A DNA stretch of 64,000 nt from Octopus sinensis (Eukaryota), in the NCBI RefSeq assembly GCF_006345805.1, contig NC_042999.1, positions 143,654,001-143,718,000 on the forward strand. The letters are read 5' to 3'. The notes beneath the pieces are model-generated. The model worked only from the letters and a program-made list of their open reading frames with translations. It was not told the origin of the DNA and made no database searches. This document shows positions 39,561 through 53,035 of this stretch, piece after piece. The stretch's first letter is position 1. The number at the start of each line of letters is the position of its first letter. The position numbers and the translations under genes were made by a program.

Positions 39561-41054
39561 CTGATAACATTTGATTGTGCTTTAGCTTTTAATTGGATAA
39601 TTGAAAAAAAGTTTCATGAACATATATATGTACGTTTAAACATCAGAATAGAAAAGCAAACACGTAGTTGTCGAATTATAGTTGAAATTGTAAATCAATC
39701 AACATATTTAATATTTCATGTAACAAGTCGCGAAACACATTTAATAAAAAGCTTAGTTATCTTTGCACCTTTGAATCCTTTGGAAATTCTATTTTCTAAT
39801 CTCCAAATACTTAACCGACATTCAAAATTAGTTTAACAATAATTTATATTTTAAATATATTTCCGAATTCAGATCTCATATCAATTTTTGTTCCAAAGGT
39901 TATTCATACTCTCTTCAACCAAATATTGTTTTTATTCACTCTTGATATTTAACTTAATATGAATTTTAATGTATTTTAGTTTTATAGCTTCATTTTATTA
40001 TACTATTATACCATGGTGTTGAACGTGATTCAACACACCAAGTTTCATACATTTTCATTCAATTTTCTCAGCGACTATTTATAGTTAAAAAAATAAAAAC
40101 TTTCTCATTAATTTTGATAACACATTTTATAAAATTTTATATACTTTAAATGTATTTTGAAATTCATATTTTACATCAGTTTTTATGCCACAACACTTAC
40201 TTTCTTGTAATTTCTCATAAAGTCTGATTGTCATTACTTTCTGTATCACAGATGGTTATACAATGCAAGCTACACTGTTTTTGAAGTTGTTACTGTTGCA
40301 TATTGACATTGTTTAAATATTAACGTAGGACAAAGAATTCTAGACATGAAAGTCGAGACACTATTCTAATAAATTTATAATATTAAGATTTTTCAACTCT
40401 CTCTATTATCAAATTATTTTAGTAATCTTTTACTTCTATCTCGCTATTGTCTTTTCTTTAAACTATTGAACTATTAATTATTCAACACAGGTAAACACAT
40501 ATTTTCTCAAAATGTAGATGTTGAGATTATCTCTCTTTTCCATCTTAGCAATGTACAATAGGGAGAAACTAGAGTCATATTGATTTAAAAAATAAACATT
40601 GTCTGTTAATTTAGAAAACTTTCTAATACCTACAAGAAACAAAATCTTTTGGCTAAAACATATTCTGAATAACTCTTATTAATTGTTATTTACTTACACT
40701 GCAAGCATTTCCAATTTCTTCTATCTTAAAAATATTAGCTTAGTTCTTTAATTGAATACCATTATTATTGAAGCATAATTCCATTCATTTGTTACCTTTT
40801 CCAATTTATACTTAAATTCCAAAGATAAGATTTTGCAACAAGTTTCCTATGACTCGCAATCTATTGAGTTTTAAATGTTCTTTTATTCACATCCTTTATA
40901 TATATTTAATGGACTATGTTGTAATAGATATCTCAGTTAAGTAGCTAAGTTATTGCCTTTTATATTTTGATATCAAAAAATTTCATTTTGTAAACCTCTT
41001 AACTTGCTGTTTTTAGAAATATTAAAAATAAAAATTTTAACACGACTAATTTGA

Positions 41055-41110
41055 ATGACTACAGAACGAGGAAGTGGCCATTATGCATGTATGTATATAT
41101 GTACGTATGT
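41055..41110 (+). mobile_element. Isolated RTE 3' tail
   Basis: ACTACAGAACGAGGAAGTGGCCATTATGCATGTATG resembles the sense 3' end of the RTE at 44370-44400 (ACTACAGAAGAAGTGGCTATCATGTATG). Confidence 0.45.
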
Positions 41111-41972
41111 AGGGAAAATTTAAATTAGTATAACGTATAACTGATTGTATTATTAATTAAAAAGTACAAACTTAAAACAATCTGAAGTATAATCAATTAA
41201 CAAAGCAACACCACATAACCTAGATATAAGAAATGTTGTGTATTAATCATTAATTCCATTTTATACGTACATTAATTATTAATTGCTTTATTTTTATGCC
41301 ATTAGAGCAGTTATTTTTAAATTCACTTCTATATCACTCTACATCCTCCTTGACGCCTACTCTCGCCAAGATTGATGTTTAATTAGACGCATTTAATTTT
41401 TTTCTAACAGTGTTAATATATTATATATGATATTCTTTCCATACATAGTTTTACCTACATATTTCTCTCAAATGAAAGTGTTATTTGGGGCTGTATAGAA
41501 AACAGACTTAGTTACCTAACAAATGGCTATCTCGGTAGAATACGAAATAGATATCGTATCCAACATGATTCTTCAACTCAAATCGGAAAAGTGAGAGACA
41601 AAGGGATAGGGAGGTAATTCCTAACGAAGAAAGCAATCGCGGAAGATTTCATGGCAAATAGAACCGCACAGATTCTGATTTCTTCTGAGGTCAGTTTACG
41701 TTGACTGCTCTTTAGAAATGTAATATGAAACTGCCTCATAAAATTTTTAAAAAGTCTAAAGTATGAGGGCCTTAGAGTGTTGTGTAAGACAATGATGCAA
41801 ATAAAGATTATTATTGGATTAGCAGAGTAGTTAGTGGGATTTATTTCGACTCTATGTTTTACGTTCCACCGAGTCAACTTTACTTTTTATCCTTCCGGGG
41901 CTGGTCAAGTACTGAGTTTGATGTAAACAATTAGTCGTTTCCACCACATTTTTGGCCTTGTGCCAGATACGA

Positions 41973-42038
<66 letters not shown>

Positions 42039-42477
42039 TAATAATATCACTATTATGGTACGAAAAAGGGTATTCCCTCAGTTATGAAATTCCTGTCTTT
42101 CGCATTAGCAAAGAGATTAAGATAGATATGACGGAGTTCTCGAATCTGAGTCAAACGAGGAATAATACATATGCTACAAAGCATCAAATCTCACTCTTGG
42201 CAAAAAAACAAAAAGCAAAAAAAACGACGACATCCATTGGAAAAGCTTAATAAAACAACATTTAGAAATCGGATAATGAAAATGATAGGTATACACAAAA
42301 TAATGTACATACTCCACAGTACACAAAAACAAACTGAAATACCGAAATACCCAATTCGCTTGATGATCGGTGTGGCGTGAAATCGAGTTACATGGAATAT
42401 ATATATATATCAGGTAATACCCTGCAGTGCAAAGTGTTTGTGCAATTATATATAAGATATATATATGATATATATAA

Positions 42478-42499
<22 letters not shown>

Positions 42500-42508
<9 letters not shown>

Positions 42509-43285
42509 CCTCCTTCATCCCCCTCCTCCCCTTCCTTCTCCCCCATCCTCTCCTCTTCCCCCTTCTCCTCCCCCTCTTCTCCCCCCCTCTTCTCCTCACT
42601 ACACCACATGACTTTACACATCACATCACATATGATGTGCCATACTAATACACACACCAACTAATACATACTAATACGTACTAATACATACTAGTACATA
42701 CTAATACTTACACCAACCCTATACATACACACGTCCAGACCCCGCATACGCACTTATACTCTCTCACACACACACACACACACCTATACATACCAATACG
42801 TACTAATACATACTAATACATACTAATACATACACCAACCCCATACATACGCACGTCCAGACCAATCCTACGCACTAATACTCTCTCATACACACACACA
42901 CACACACACCCTTATACATACTAATACATACACCAACCCTATACATACACACATCCAGACCCCTCCCACGCACTATTAGCTGGTCCCTCAACCCTTTTAT
43001 CAACCCTATTATCTCCCCTTATTTCGCTCTCGCGTCTCATGTTTGATCTTTGACCTCTGGCCGAAATCAGATCGCCATGTTGATTCGTTAGCTACTGCAC
43101 GCATTTTTTTTTCTCTCCTTCTTTCTGTGTTTTTCTCTCTCTGTGTATCTTTCTGTTGAAGAGCGTAGGCTCGAAACGTTAAAGACTTGTTTTATTTATA
43201 TTTCCTGAGCGCCATACTAATACAATTGTTCGTTTGTTTTCCACCTGCCTTCGTCTTGTTTATTTTCATAAAGCTTCCCGTTATA
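42500..43285 (+). mobile_element. Penelope-like 3' UTR/pLTR with a 100-120-bp minisatellite and an HHR-like motif
   Basis: Unit CATACACCAACCC.ATACATAC.CAC.TCCAGACC at about 42708, 42828 and 42927; 43100-43285 is homologous to 63510-63700; HHR-like fold at 43148-43185. Confidence 0.65.
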
Positions 43286-43307
43286 TATATATATATATAT
43301 ATATATG

Positions 43308-43340
<33 letters not shown>

Positions 43341-44039
43341 TACATACATGTCTATATATATATGCATATACATATACACATACACACACACGCACACACA
43401 CATATATATATACCTACATACTACATATATAGGTGTACATGAATACACACATAAGTAACTATGTGTGTGCGTATACATACATACATATGTGTATATTTAT
43501 CTCTCTACCTATATATATACAGTATTTATGCAAATGTAATATATATAGTATACAATAAGCATTTATATATATATATATATATAGTATTTTAATGCAGCTG
43601 GCACACGGGGAAAATTCTGTCAAAAGCTGTTGACTGGTGATAGCAAAGATTTCGGCACTTTCATTTAGTATCTCCCCTTCTAGGATAACAAGCATTATCG
43701 TATCACTGTTACAACTAATGAATATGTGGCTTATTTGGATCCATTCTGGCACATTCTCTGCCTCGTCTTCCATACACCCACCACACGAAACTTAATTCTG
43801 TAATATTCAGTGCAATGCAATCAAATCATGTTGCAACTATTTTGTTTTTATTGAGTATTTGTACAAGTAAGAGGACGAAGAATGAATAAAGTACTGCTTT
43901 ATTATTAGTTACAAATGCTTCTGTTTCACTCCGTTTCTAACGCTTTTCTAGTGACTTCATTTGTAAAGTTACGCAAACGTATGATTGGTTATATTAGAAT
44001 GGCATTTTATCATATTGTCAGCAAGTCGCGCATTTTTCC

Positions 44040-44370
44040 CTACATACATACATACATACATACATACATACATACATACATACATACATGCATGCATGCA
44101 TGCATACATACATACATACATACATACATACATACATGCATACATACATGCATACATACATACGTACATACATATATACATACATACATACATACATGCA
44201 TGCATGCATGCATGCATACATACATACATACATACATACATACATACATGCATACATACATGCATACATAAATACATACATACATACATACATACATACA
44301 TACATACATACATACATACATACATAAATGCATACATACATACATACATACGTACAAATATGCATACATG
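44040..44370. repeat. (CATA)n/(CATG)n microsatellite at the RTE 3' end
   Basis: Directly visible; abuts the RTE 3' end. Confidence 0.95.
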
Positions 44371-44371
44371 A

Positions 44372-45480
44372 TAGCCACTTCTTCTGTAGTATAGTTATCG
44401 CCTGAAATATTTCAGAATAGGTCTCACGTTTGAGCATTATGGATGTGACTTTTCAGGCTGGTAGCTGACCTTTACCCTTTGGCACATACGTTACATACAT
44501 GATTGCCCCCAACAACTGGAGCCACTTGTTGGTCATCATACATTTCCATGAGTCGCTTCGAGTCTCCAGTTGATAGGCATATCTTGCTGCATTCATGGCA
44601 AATTGTCATGCTGTGTATGGCGTAACCCAAGCCAAATTTCTGTACATAGCTTCTTTTGTGACTTCTCAAGCCCCACTTTGCTGAAATAGACTCACTGACA
44701 GTCTTTGCATGTCACCTGACTTTGGCGACAGACATTTCCTGGAAATATTACGTAACACTCTTTCTTGCATCTGTCTTTAACTTTTCGTGATTTCTTCGAA
44801 AATGAAATTCTCACTTCCATCATTTATTGCTTCCTTCATCATGCCCAATCAGATGAAGATTTTTCCAGACCTTTTCCGCGATGTTAGCTTTCTTCAACGA
44901 CGGTTTTATATAATCTTTGGACCTCAGCTTTGGTTTATGTGGTGTACGCTTTCTGTTTCTCAGTTCACCATACAGGGGTTGCCTCGGTGTACTGCAGTAC
45001 TCCATTCTCTCTAAGTGACCAACACATGGAGTCAGCACTGCAAAATGATTGATTCGATACTTCAACTGAGTTTTTTGAAGGTTCTCAACATCACTCGCTT
45101 ACATTTTCCTACGCAGGACTAAGATATATTACATAGACACTGTTAGTGGAAGCGCTCCAGCTGTTTCGGATGCTCTCGTCAGTTTACCTACGTCTCAGAA
45201 TAGTACAGCAGGGAAGACCAAACACACTTTGTATAAACCTTTACTTTAGTATCAGTAGAGATACCACGCTGAGACGACAGGCTTTACTGATTCTTAGCAA
45301 AATTACATTGTCAAGGGTATATGCTATACTAAGGGTGCTGTCAAAACACACAAACCTGTCTACAACTTGAAGTTTCCGACTGTACATTCGGATATCTGAT
45401 TCCAAGTATGGTCCTACTGACGCCTTGCAGGGCTTCCATTTACCCTCTTCACTAACCAAGCTTAATGGGTTGTACTGCAT
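44372..45480 (-). mobile_element. RTE LINE fossil, 3' part with two C-terminal C2H2-like fingers
   Basis: LQVVDRFVCFDSTLS......ILLRISKA, TKVKVY.......LLYYSET, VGHLERMEYCSTPRQPLYGELRNRKRTPHKPKLRSKDYIKPSLK, CHECSKICLS, HVCNVCAKG. Confidence 0.9.
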
Positions 45481-45609
45481 TACGCATTACCTGTAGCGCT
45501 CACGCGTTATGAGATAGCCCCATGAACATTGAAACAAGTTAACATATAATATATACAATATTCAAAAATATGTACATACATAAGTAAGGTCCTGAAAAAG
45601 AAAGTGAAA

Positions 45610-46478
45610 TGCAAAGAAAAGTGCGCGCAGGCAAGGAAATGTTCCAATCTCTAAAGTTCAATTAAGAGCGAATAGCGCCGGTGCGATTGTGTGCAAAACC
45701 ACGAGGTCATTCCTGGGAGGAGAAAGTCATCCGCCATGTTGAAAATGGAAGTAAGAAATATTCTACCACTACACAATGATGCTAAAATGAACATTCATAT
45801 CCTGTACACTCTAGAAACAATTATAACGTCATTTTCTTTTTTAAGCTGGCGTGTTGGACAGTTGCGTGTTGTTCTCTCTTGAATTTATTTTTTCTTTTTG
45901 AAGAATATTTCGGAATTTAATATTTCAACGTCTAGCTCACCAATGTAATAAGAGGTAAATTAAAAGTTGGACTTTACCACTTTATGAAGTATATTTAGAT
46001 GTATGCACGTAAGAAGGTTTGAAACGTATAGATGCATGTTTTACATCAAGGTAACGATAAAAATCAGAGATAAGCGTACAAGGCAATAGGGTGTAGGAGG
46101 CTTGAGTTAAATTCCTTAATGCACATCAAGGTAGTTAGCTCCGGTACTTGGCTGCAAATCTAAAATATCCAAAATGTTTTGAAGTGGTAGTGAGGCGAGG
46201 TAGAAATTCCATAGCGTGTCGAGCTAGACGAGCCTCAAGCTCGTCTATAGTGTCTACATCTGAATGGGATAAAGCAAAGCAGCGACGAAAGGGAACCAGA
46301 TGTTAACGTTCCGACATTTAGACAGCGACTGGATAAAGCACCTTTGAAAAGCGCGCGCTATTACTCTGGGCGGAGGTCGTCATGTGTATACCTCTGCCGT
46401 TAGCTTTTAAAGAGCGGTGGAAAGCAGTACCAGTGTGCTGCTACGCTGGAACGAAGTAATTTGACTGTCCTGCTAATG

Positions 46479-46480
<2 letters not shown>
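45610..46480. promoter_or_regulatory. Candidate CpG-enriched promoter region
   Basis: CCGCCATGTTG at 45731-45741 (YY1-type motif, also a Kozak-like ATG); donor-like GAA|GTAAGA at 45750/45751; CpG-rich block at 46200-46460 with GGGCGG and GCGCGC. Confidence 0.4.
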
Positions 46481-46541
<61 letters not shown>

Positions 46542-46731
46542 ACACACACATACACATACACACACATTTATACTATGAACTTCAGTTTACGTTCACCAGT
46601 TTTACCCACAAGGTGTTGGTCAATCCACGACTATAGTCCCCCACTGTAGACGCGGATTAGGACCGAACGTGGTTCCGAAGCAAACTTCTTAATCACACAT
46701 CCATAACTATACGTGTATAAACATGTGTGTG

Positions 46732-46808
<77 letters not shown>

Positions 46809-48749
46809 CAAGAGAGGTGGGGAGATTGAGAATGAAGCCGATGGATAGGCTGATAGAGGTTTGAGCTAGACCAAACCACCGACGACTTCACTATTTTTAT
46901 TTTCCCATTGGTACTACACTGTCAGTGGGTATGGTATTCTAAGATACTCTATGAATAAATAGAAGTCAATATTCTGTTCAGTAGTGGTAAGTAACGGTAG
47001 CGTTGTAAAATTGAAGAGTGCTTCTGTATATTGTAGGATTGAGATACCTTCTGGAACGAAAGAAAAACAGAAGGCAAGTTTGATGGTATTTGAACTCACA
47101 ACACAAAGTATCATGACTCAATACTGCCAATAGGCGAGCCACTACGTATTTTCTTGACAGCCAGAAATGCTCATATAAATTGTACCCCATCGTCTAAAGA
47201 AATATAGCAGATAAGATACTTTAAAAGAGACGGAATAATCACGGTGGGAATGCCTTCGAGCATAGGTCTGATCAATCAAGGCTGACCTGGAGCTAAAAAC
47301 AACTAACTATAAAAACTGACAGGACTTATTCGTGAATCTTCGACTTACTCGAAATAGCAGCTGAATCTTCTTCAAAATACAAACTTCTACCTTAATTAAG
47401 GAGGGATACATTATACAATATTGCTGAACACAAAGGGTAATAGGGAACTGTCACAGTTGGAATACCTTTCATCAAACGGTTGCTCATTCTGACGACCAAG
47501 TAGATAATAAATATCATGTCGGTTTCGATGATTTGTACAACCGCTGTTCAATTCAGAGAGTAACTTAGTTTGTAAGAGTGAAAGCGGTTGAGACAAGCCA
47601 GCGTAAAACCCTGTGACAAGGTTGGCTATCTAAATTACAAGCACAATACATCCGACTGGTTTATAGCGTCCATCGATCGAAGATTTCTACAGTCGAAACC
47701 TCCCTAATAATACTACTAATGGTTGTTTATTGTTTTTGAAACAGGGAAAAAAGCCGCAAAATGGCTGGGGTTGTAGTCAATCATATCGACCCCAGTACTT
47801 AACTGGTCCTTTATTTCGCCAATCCCAAAAGGTATTGATTTGGACAGGATTAAAACTCAACGAAAAAACAAATTAAAAAAATGAAAGAAGGAACAAATTT
47901 CGCAAGGTATTTTGTCCGACGCTCTAAAGGTCTTGCTAACCACTTCCCCTAATAATACTAATAACATTTTCTGAAACTGCCACAAAACCACAAAACATAT
48001 GGGTGAGATAAACTGATCTAAACGGACTAAACAAAGAAATATGATTGTCGCTTATTTAGTTGACACCGAACATAGAATGACAAACTAAGAATAATAATCT
48101 ATATTGTTCTACTGACTATATTGAATAAAAGAATCCAGTTTAGAGGAGATAATGTTAATATACGAACGTGCGCGCGCATGAGTGCGTGCGTGTGTATGCG
48201 GGAATTTGATTTTCCATGGCAATATATAAGTGCACATGTAAAAGTGTAGTATGTAAATGTAAGCGTGTACTTTTCGCTATTAATATCTTTGTTGTTACTT
48301 GTCCCTTTCAAGCACGAATCATCAAATCTTGAGGTAAGGTCTGAGGTCTGGGTTTATTATCTCAATGAACATTCAATGCTTGTATATGTATATGAATATG
48401 TATATATATATGTGTGTGTGTGTGTGCGTGCATACACACGTACATGCACACACTTATACACATGCACACATAAGGTTACGACATAAATAAGGAAGAGAAT
48501 TCGTGTTTAACTGGCAGCCTCTTGTAATCACAAATGTCATTCAACCTAACTTTCAAGAATATTCCAGAATATTCTAGTCACGCAACTTCCAAACATAAGA
48601 TTCAATGTAGAAGTCAACGATAAGAAGAAAAGAAACAGGAAAGATGTCGTAATAAGAAGACTAACAAATGAAAGAAAAAAAGAACAGAAAAGAAAAAAGA
48701 TTGGAAGATTATATAAAAAATAGAAAAATAGAAAAGTGACTGGATATAA

Positions 48750-48776
48750 AAGAAGAGGAGGAGGAGGAAGAAGAAG

Positions 48777-48808
<32 letters not shown>

Positions 48809-48811
48809 TTA

Positions 48812-48849
<38 letters not shown>

Positions 48850-49056
48850 GTAGTAGTAGTAGTAGTAGTAGTAGAAGAAGAAGAAGAAGAAGAAGAAGAA
48901 GAAGAAAAGAAGAAGAAGAAAGAAGAAGTAGAAGAAGAAGAAGAGAAGAAGAAGAAGAAGAAGAAGAAGAAAAGAAGAAGAAGAAAAGAAGAAGAAGAAG
49001 AAGAAGAAGAAGAAGAAGAAGAAGAGAAGAAGAAGAAGAAGAAGAAGAAGAAGAAG
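48750..49056. repeat. Compound triplet microsatellite (GAA)n-(TTA)n-(GTA)n-(GAA)n
   Basis: Directly visible. Confidence 0.95.
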
Positions 49057-49370
49057 ATGCTTATGATGATGAGAACACAAGTAAGGTAGAATAAAAGGAA
49101 AAGTGTAAGACGAGATGGGAGGATGAAGAGCGACAATGAAGGATGAGTGAAGGTTCTGGTCTGGGAAAGATGTTGTCTGTTGTCTTTTCGTGTTTAACTT
49201 ATCCGGAAACATTCTTTTCTCTTTATCTCCAACACCGACCATCTGCCATCTTGCATATATGATAACTGTTGTTTCAATGAAGAGTTACTGTATTATCACA
49301 CACATGCACGCACATGTATTCGTATACGTACATGCGTAAGTGTATGAATATATGTATGTGTGTGTATATA

Positions 49371-49404
<34 letters not shown>

Positions 49405-49619
49405 GCACACACACATATACATACATAGACATATATGTCTGTCTGTCAGTCAGTCTGTCTGTATGTATAGTTATGCAAAGACACACGCGAACGCACGCAC
49501 ACGCATGCGTAGTAAATTTTGGAAGAGTCTACCTATTTTCGTATACAAAATATTTTTGTGGGTTCTAAAACGATTAAAATGACTCCTCCACAGTGTAATT
49601 GTTTCACTTTCAACACACG

Positions 49620-49688
<69 letters not shown>

Positions 49689-49812
49689 ACTATCTATCTA
49701 TTTGTTTGTCTGTCTGTATATACATATACACACACGTTCACACACATACACATATTGTATGTGCATATAAATGCACATAATGTATGTATGTACACACACA
49801 CACACACACACA

Positions 49813-49843
<31 letters not shown>

Positions 49844-51339
49844 CAATATACATATATATATAAATAGCAAGACGTAATGTAATACCATAAAGGAAAAAAA
49901 AATAATCTCCATTAAATGAGATTGAGGGTGCCGAAGCACCTACATTGCTAGAAATAAGAGTTAGAACCTCTTAATGCTAGAATCACTAGAACAGACTAGT
50001 TTCGCCTACTTTGTAGGCATCATCAATAGTGACTACTTAAATGGTCGATGGTATGGCTAATTGCGCCTAGCTGTTTATATTAACTTTTAGTGTACGCATT
50101 AGCAGTTCGCTAAATCAGCCATAATTTTTTGATGGTGAAAAAATATATATACTGACCGACGGAATTAATTAAACCATCGACCGTTTGAATGGAAAAAACT
50201 GATGATGCTTACAAAATAGGCGAAATAGGCTTTTTTGCAACCATCTCGATGACTACGGACTCTGTCCGTTAGAAATGCAACGAAAGAGCTTTGATAAAAA
50301 ATCGGATGTTTAATGAGTGGAATTGAAGCAGTGTGTGTGTTTCAATAGACTCTCCCTACACTCTACAAAAAATATATATGTACTTGCACACCTACGCATG
50401 CAAACGCATACGCATATTTGCACTAGCCACAACGTCACTTTTGCAATGACTTCTACTAAGGGTTGTTATGTCTTTGGTTTAAAGTAAGTTCTCAAACCAG
50501 AAGAACCTAAGCTTTTAACGATGATACCAGACCAACCAACCAACCAACCAACCAGCCATTCAACGATACATATACGGAAGACCAGCTGCTACAAACTGAA
50601 TCATAGACTAACTTCAAGTCACAAAGCAACAACAAAACTGGTTAATAATTAAGGCGGTGTTACAGCTTGGCCGCAGTCCTTCGAGTGAAACCACTAAAAG
50701 AATAAATATTTAAAAAATGAGTTAGCATGAATATTTCTTTATTTGAATAAATAAAATTTGTTGTGTAAAAATTTGTCACGTGAAAAATTCCACCCGACCC
50801 TCTGGAACTTTTGTATCGCTCATCTTTAGTCACGTCAAAACTTCACTAGATCTTTTCTCGCCTTTTCGTTGGAATCCCCAGGTTTTCGTTATTCTGGATT
50901 TGTTTTAATTTTCTTTTCAAGATATCGTTTTCCCTCATTTCCGGTCTTGTTTCACTATCTCTCTATCTTGATATCGATCTGCACAACTTTTGTAATGACG
51001 GTTTAATGAAAATAAATGCAACTTTTACCATTCACGAGCTCTAAAATTGACTTTTAAACACCGTTTGAAAGATGAATTAAGATATAAATGAATAATTTTT
51101 TTCTCCTTGGGGAATGGACTCAAATTGAAAAAAACTGGCAATCATGTCATGTTTCATGGATTTCGACTGAAGGGAAAGGATATGATCGACATCAAAATTG
51201 TACTCTGAAGTGTTTTATCCCTGATCAACGTAAAGAGAACTTCATTGACAAAGCATAAGTAAATGTTAAAGGAATTCCAAAATGGTAATTATTTCTTCTC
51301 ACTGATTGTCATCTAATATCTAAATAGGTGAAACCTAAT

Positions 51340-51657
51340 GTGTAACCTCTCGAAAGAGCTGTTCTTCACTCCTGCTCCAGAGCGTGGGCTGCGGGGTCAC
51401 TCCGAAAAGCTCTATCTACGACGATTTCATCTCAATCGAAGGAGAGGGGCTTTCTCCGTCCGGGTTGCGGATCCGTGGATTAAGCTGCCGGACGAGATAG
51501 TGAAGATGCCGACGACCGCTCGGTTTAAAGTCTCTCTTGACCAGAAATGGCCTGAACTCTTTGGTTGACCACTCTCCCTGTACATAACTCCCTGTCCCCC
51601 TTCATGGCCTTGCTTTTGCTTTTTGAGCCAATAAAAATTGAATTGAATTGAATTGAA
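51340..51657 (+). mobile_element. Young 5'-truncated CR1 LINE 3' end
   Basis: Uninterrupted LRGHSEKLYLRRFHLNRRRGAFSVRVADPWIKLPDEIVKMPTTARFKVSLD (CR1 pattern RGH..KL......FS.RV...W..LP..V......FK..LD); (AATTG)n tail. Confidence 0.92.
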
Positions 51658-51778
51658 TAATTCTCCAGCTAGTTTTTTATAGTTATTCCTTTATGCTCGA
51701 ATTTTGCTAGTTGTAAGAACTATATGTGTCATATAGGATGGTCTGAATTTGAGCTGCAAACCTGCGGACAAAATCAAC

Positions 51779-52277
51779 GGCGAAATTCTGCTTTATGCAC
51801 GGCATATAACCTCTCATAACTTTTTTATATTTTGGAATTCTCAGAAACTTTTTGTGAATTCGTGTTCTATAAACGGGAATTCATTGGGCTAAGAAAAAAT
51901 TTTTTTTCAATTTTTCGAATTCTAAAGAAGTTTTGTTTTTAATTTTCGAATTTTTGATTTTAAATCACAATTTGAAATACGGACAGTGCAAATTTATGGC
52001 TTAAATCTTAGAAATAGACCATTGAATGTATTTAAAGGGAGAAAGATATTAAAAAACATCAGTACTTCAGTGACAAACAAACCAGAACGGTATTAGGTGG
52101 TCGTGAGATATGCTAAAAATAACAGCGAAAACCCTTAAATCACACGAAAAATTCTTTTGCTTGATTTTTGCATATTCATATGAATTCCCGTGTGTAGAAC
52201 ACAGATTCGAAAAAAATTTTCTGAAAATTCCAAAAAATTGAAAGAAAGTTATGCCGTGCGTAAAGCAGAATTCCGCC
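51779..52277. mobile_element. MITE, about 500 bp, GG-starting TIRs of about 100 bp, 8-bp TSD (Merlin- or MULE-like)
   Basis: GGCGAAATTCTGCTTTATGCACGGCATA... versus ...TATGCCGTGCGTAAAGCAGAATTCCGCC; flanks AAATCAAC (51771-51778) and AAATCAGC (52278-52285). Confidence 0.8.
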
Positions 52278-52841
52278 AAATCAGCATTACAACATTCCAG
52301 GGGTTACCCTGATTCCAAATAAATCTTATTTGTAGTGATAGACTTCCCTGGGATGCGGTCACATGCATATAGAAATTTGCATTTATTATTAATGCTATTT
52401 CTTTATATGATAAAGGGACTGAACGTATTTACAACCGTTTGTGTAGTGCTTTTGCATTTTCTTGTATAATTTATTATCGACCCTCTTTACGACTACTTTT
52501 GAAATTCTCCATAGGCGCAGGCATGGCTGTGCGGTAGAGACATTTATCATTTTACATCCTGATCTTGATTGGCGTAAAATGGTAAATGTTTTTAAATGAA
52601 AGCATCGAAACAGACTCACGAAGCATACGCATGTAATGGAGGCAAACTCAAGATTCATTGATTTTATAAATAATCTTTAATGATAATCTGTGACTATGAA
52701 AATGTCCTAACAAATGAACGTGTGGGATGCAGAAGCATACGTTGCGATACATTAATGAAGTCATTTTCATTATTATATATAAATCGTCAGTAGTCGATTA
52801 ATCAAATGCATTAGAGCAGTAATGTATTTTTTTAGGAAGTT

Positions 52842-53001
52842 AAAAGTTATGGCCTGTCATGGAGTGACCATTGTTTTCGCATCTATAAAGCGCTTAGCAG
52901 TATAGGTGATTCGCTAGACTCAAAACTGACGAGCCGCCTATGCTGCTAGACGCTTTATAGGTGCGAAACCAATGGTCACTCTATAACCGGCCATAATTTT
53001 T
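52842..53001. repeat. 160-bp palindromic element with a hammerhead motif in each arm
   Basis: 76-bp arms (about 14 mismatches) around an 8-nt loop (52918-52925); CTGACGA at 52926-52932, GAAACCAATGGTC at 52965-52977. Confidence 0.85.
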
Positions 53002-53035
53002 AAATTCCTAGTATACGTATATATATATATATATA

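Noticed and set aside
43590-43800. Possible exon (plus) or LINE RT remnant (minus, QSTAFDRI)
   Set aside because: Both readings rest on a single short motif.
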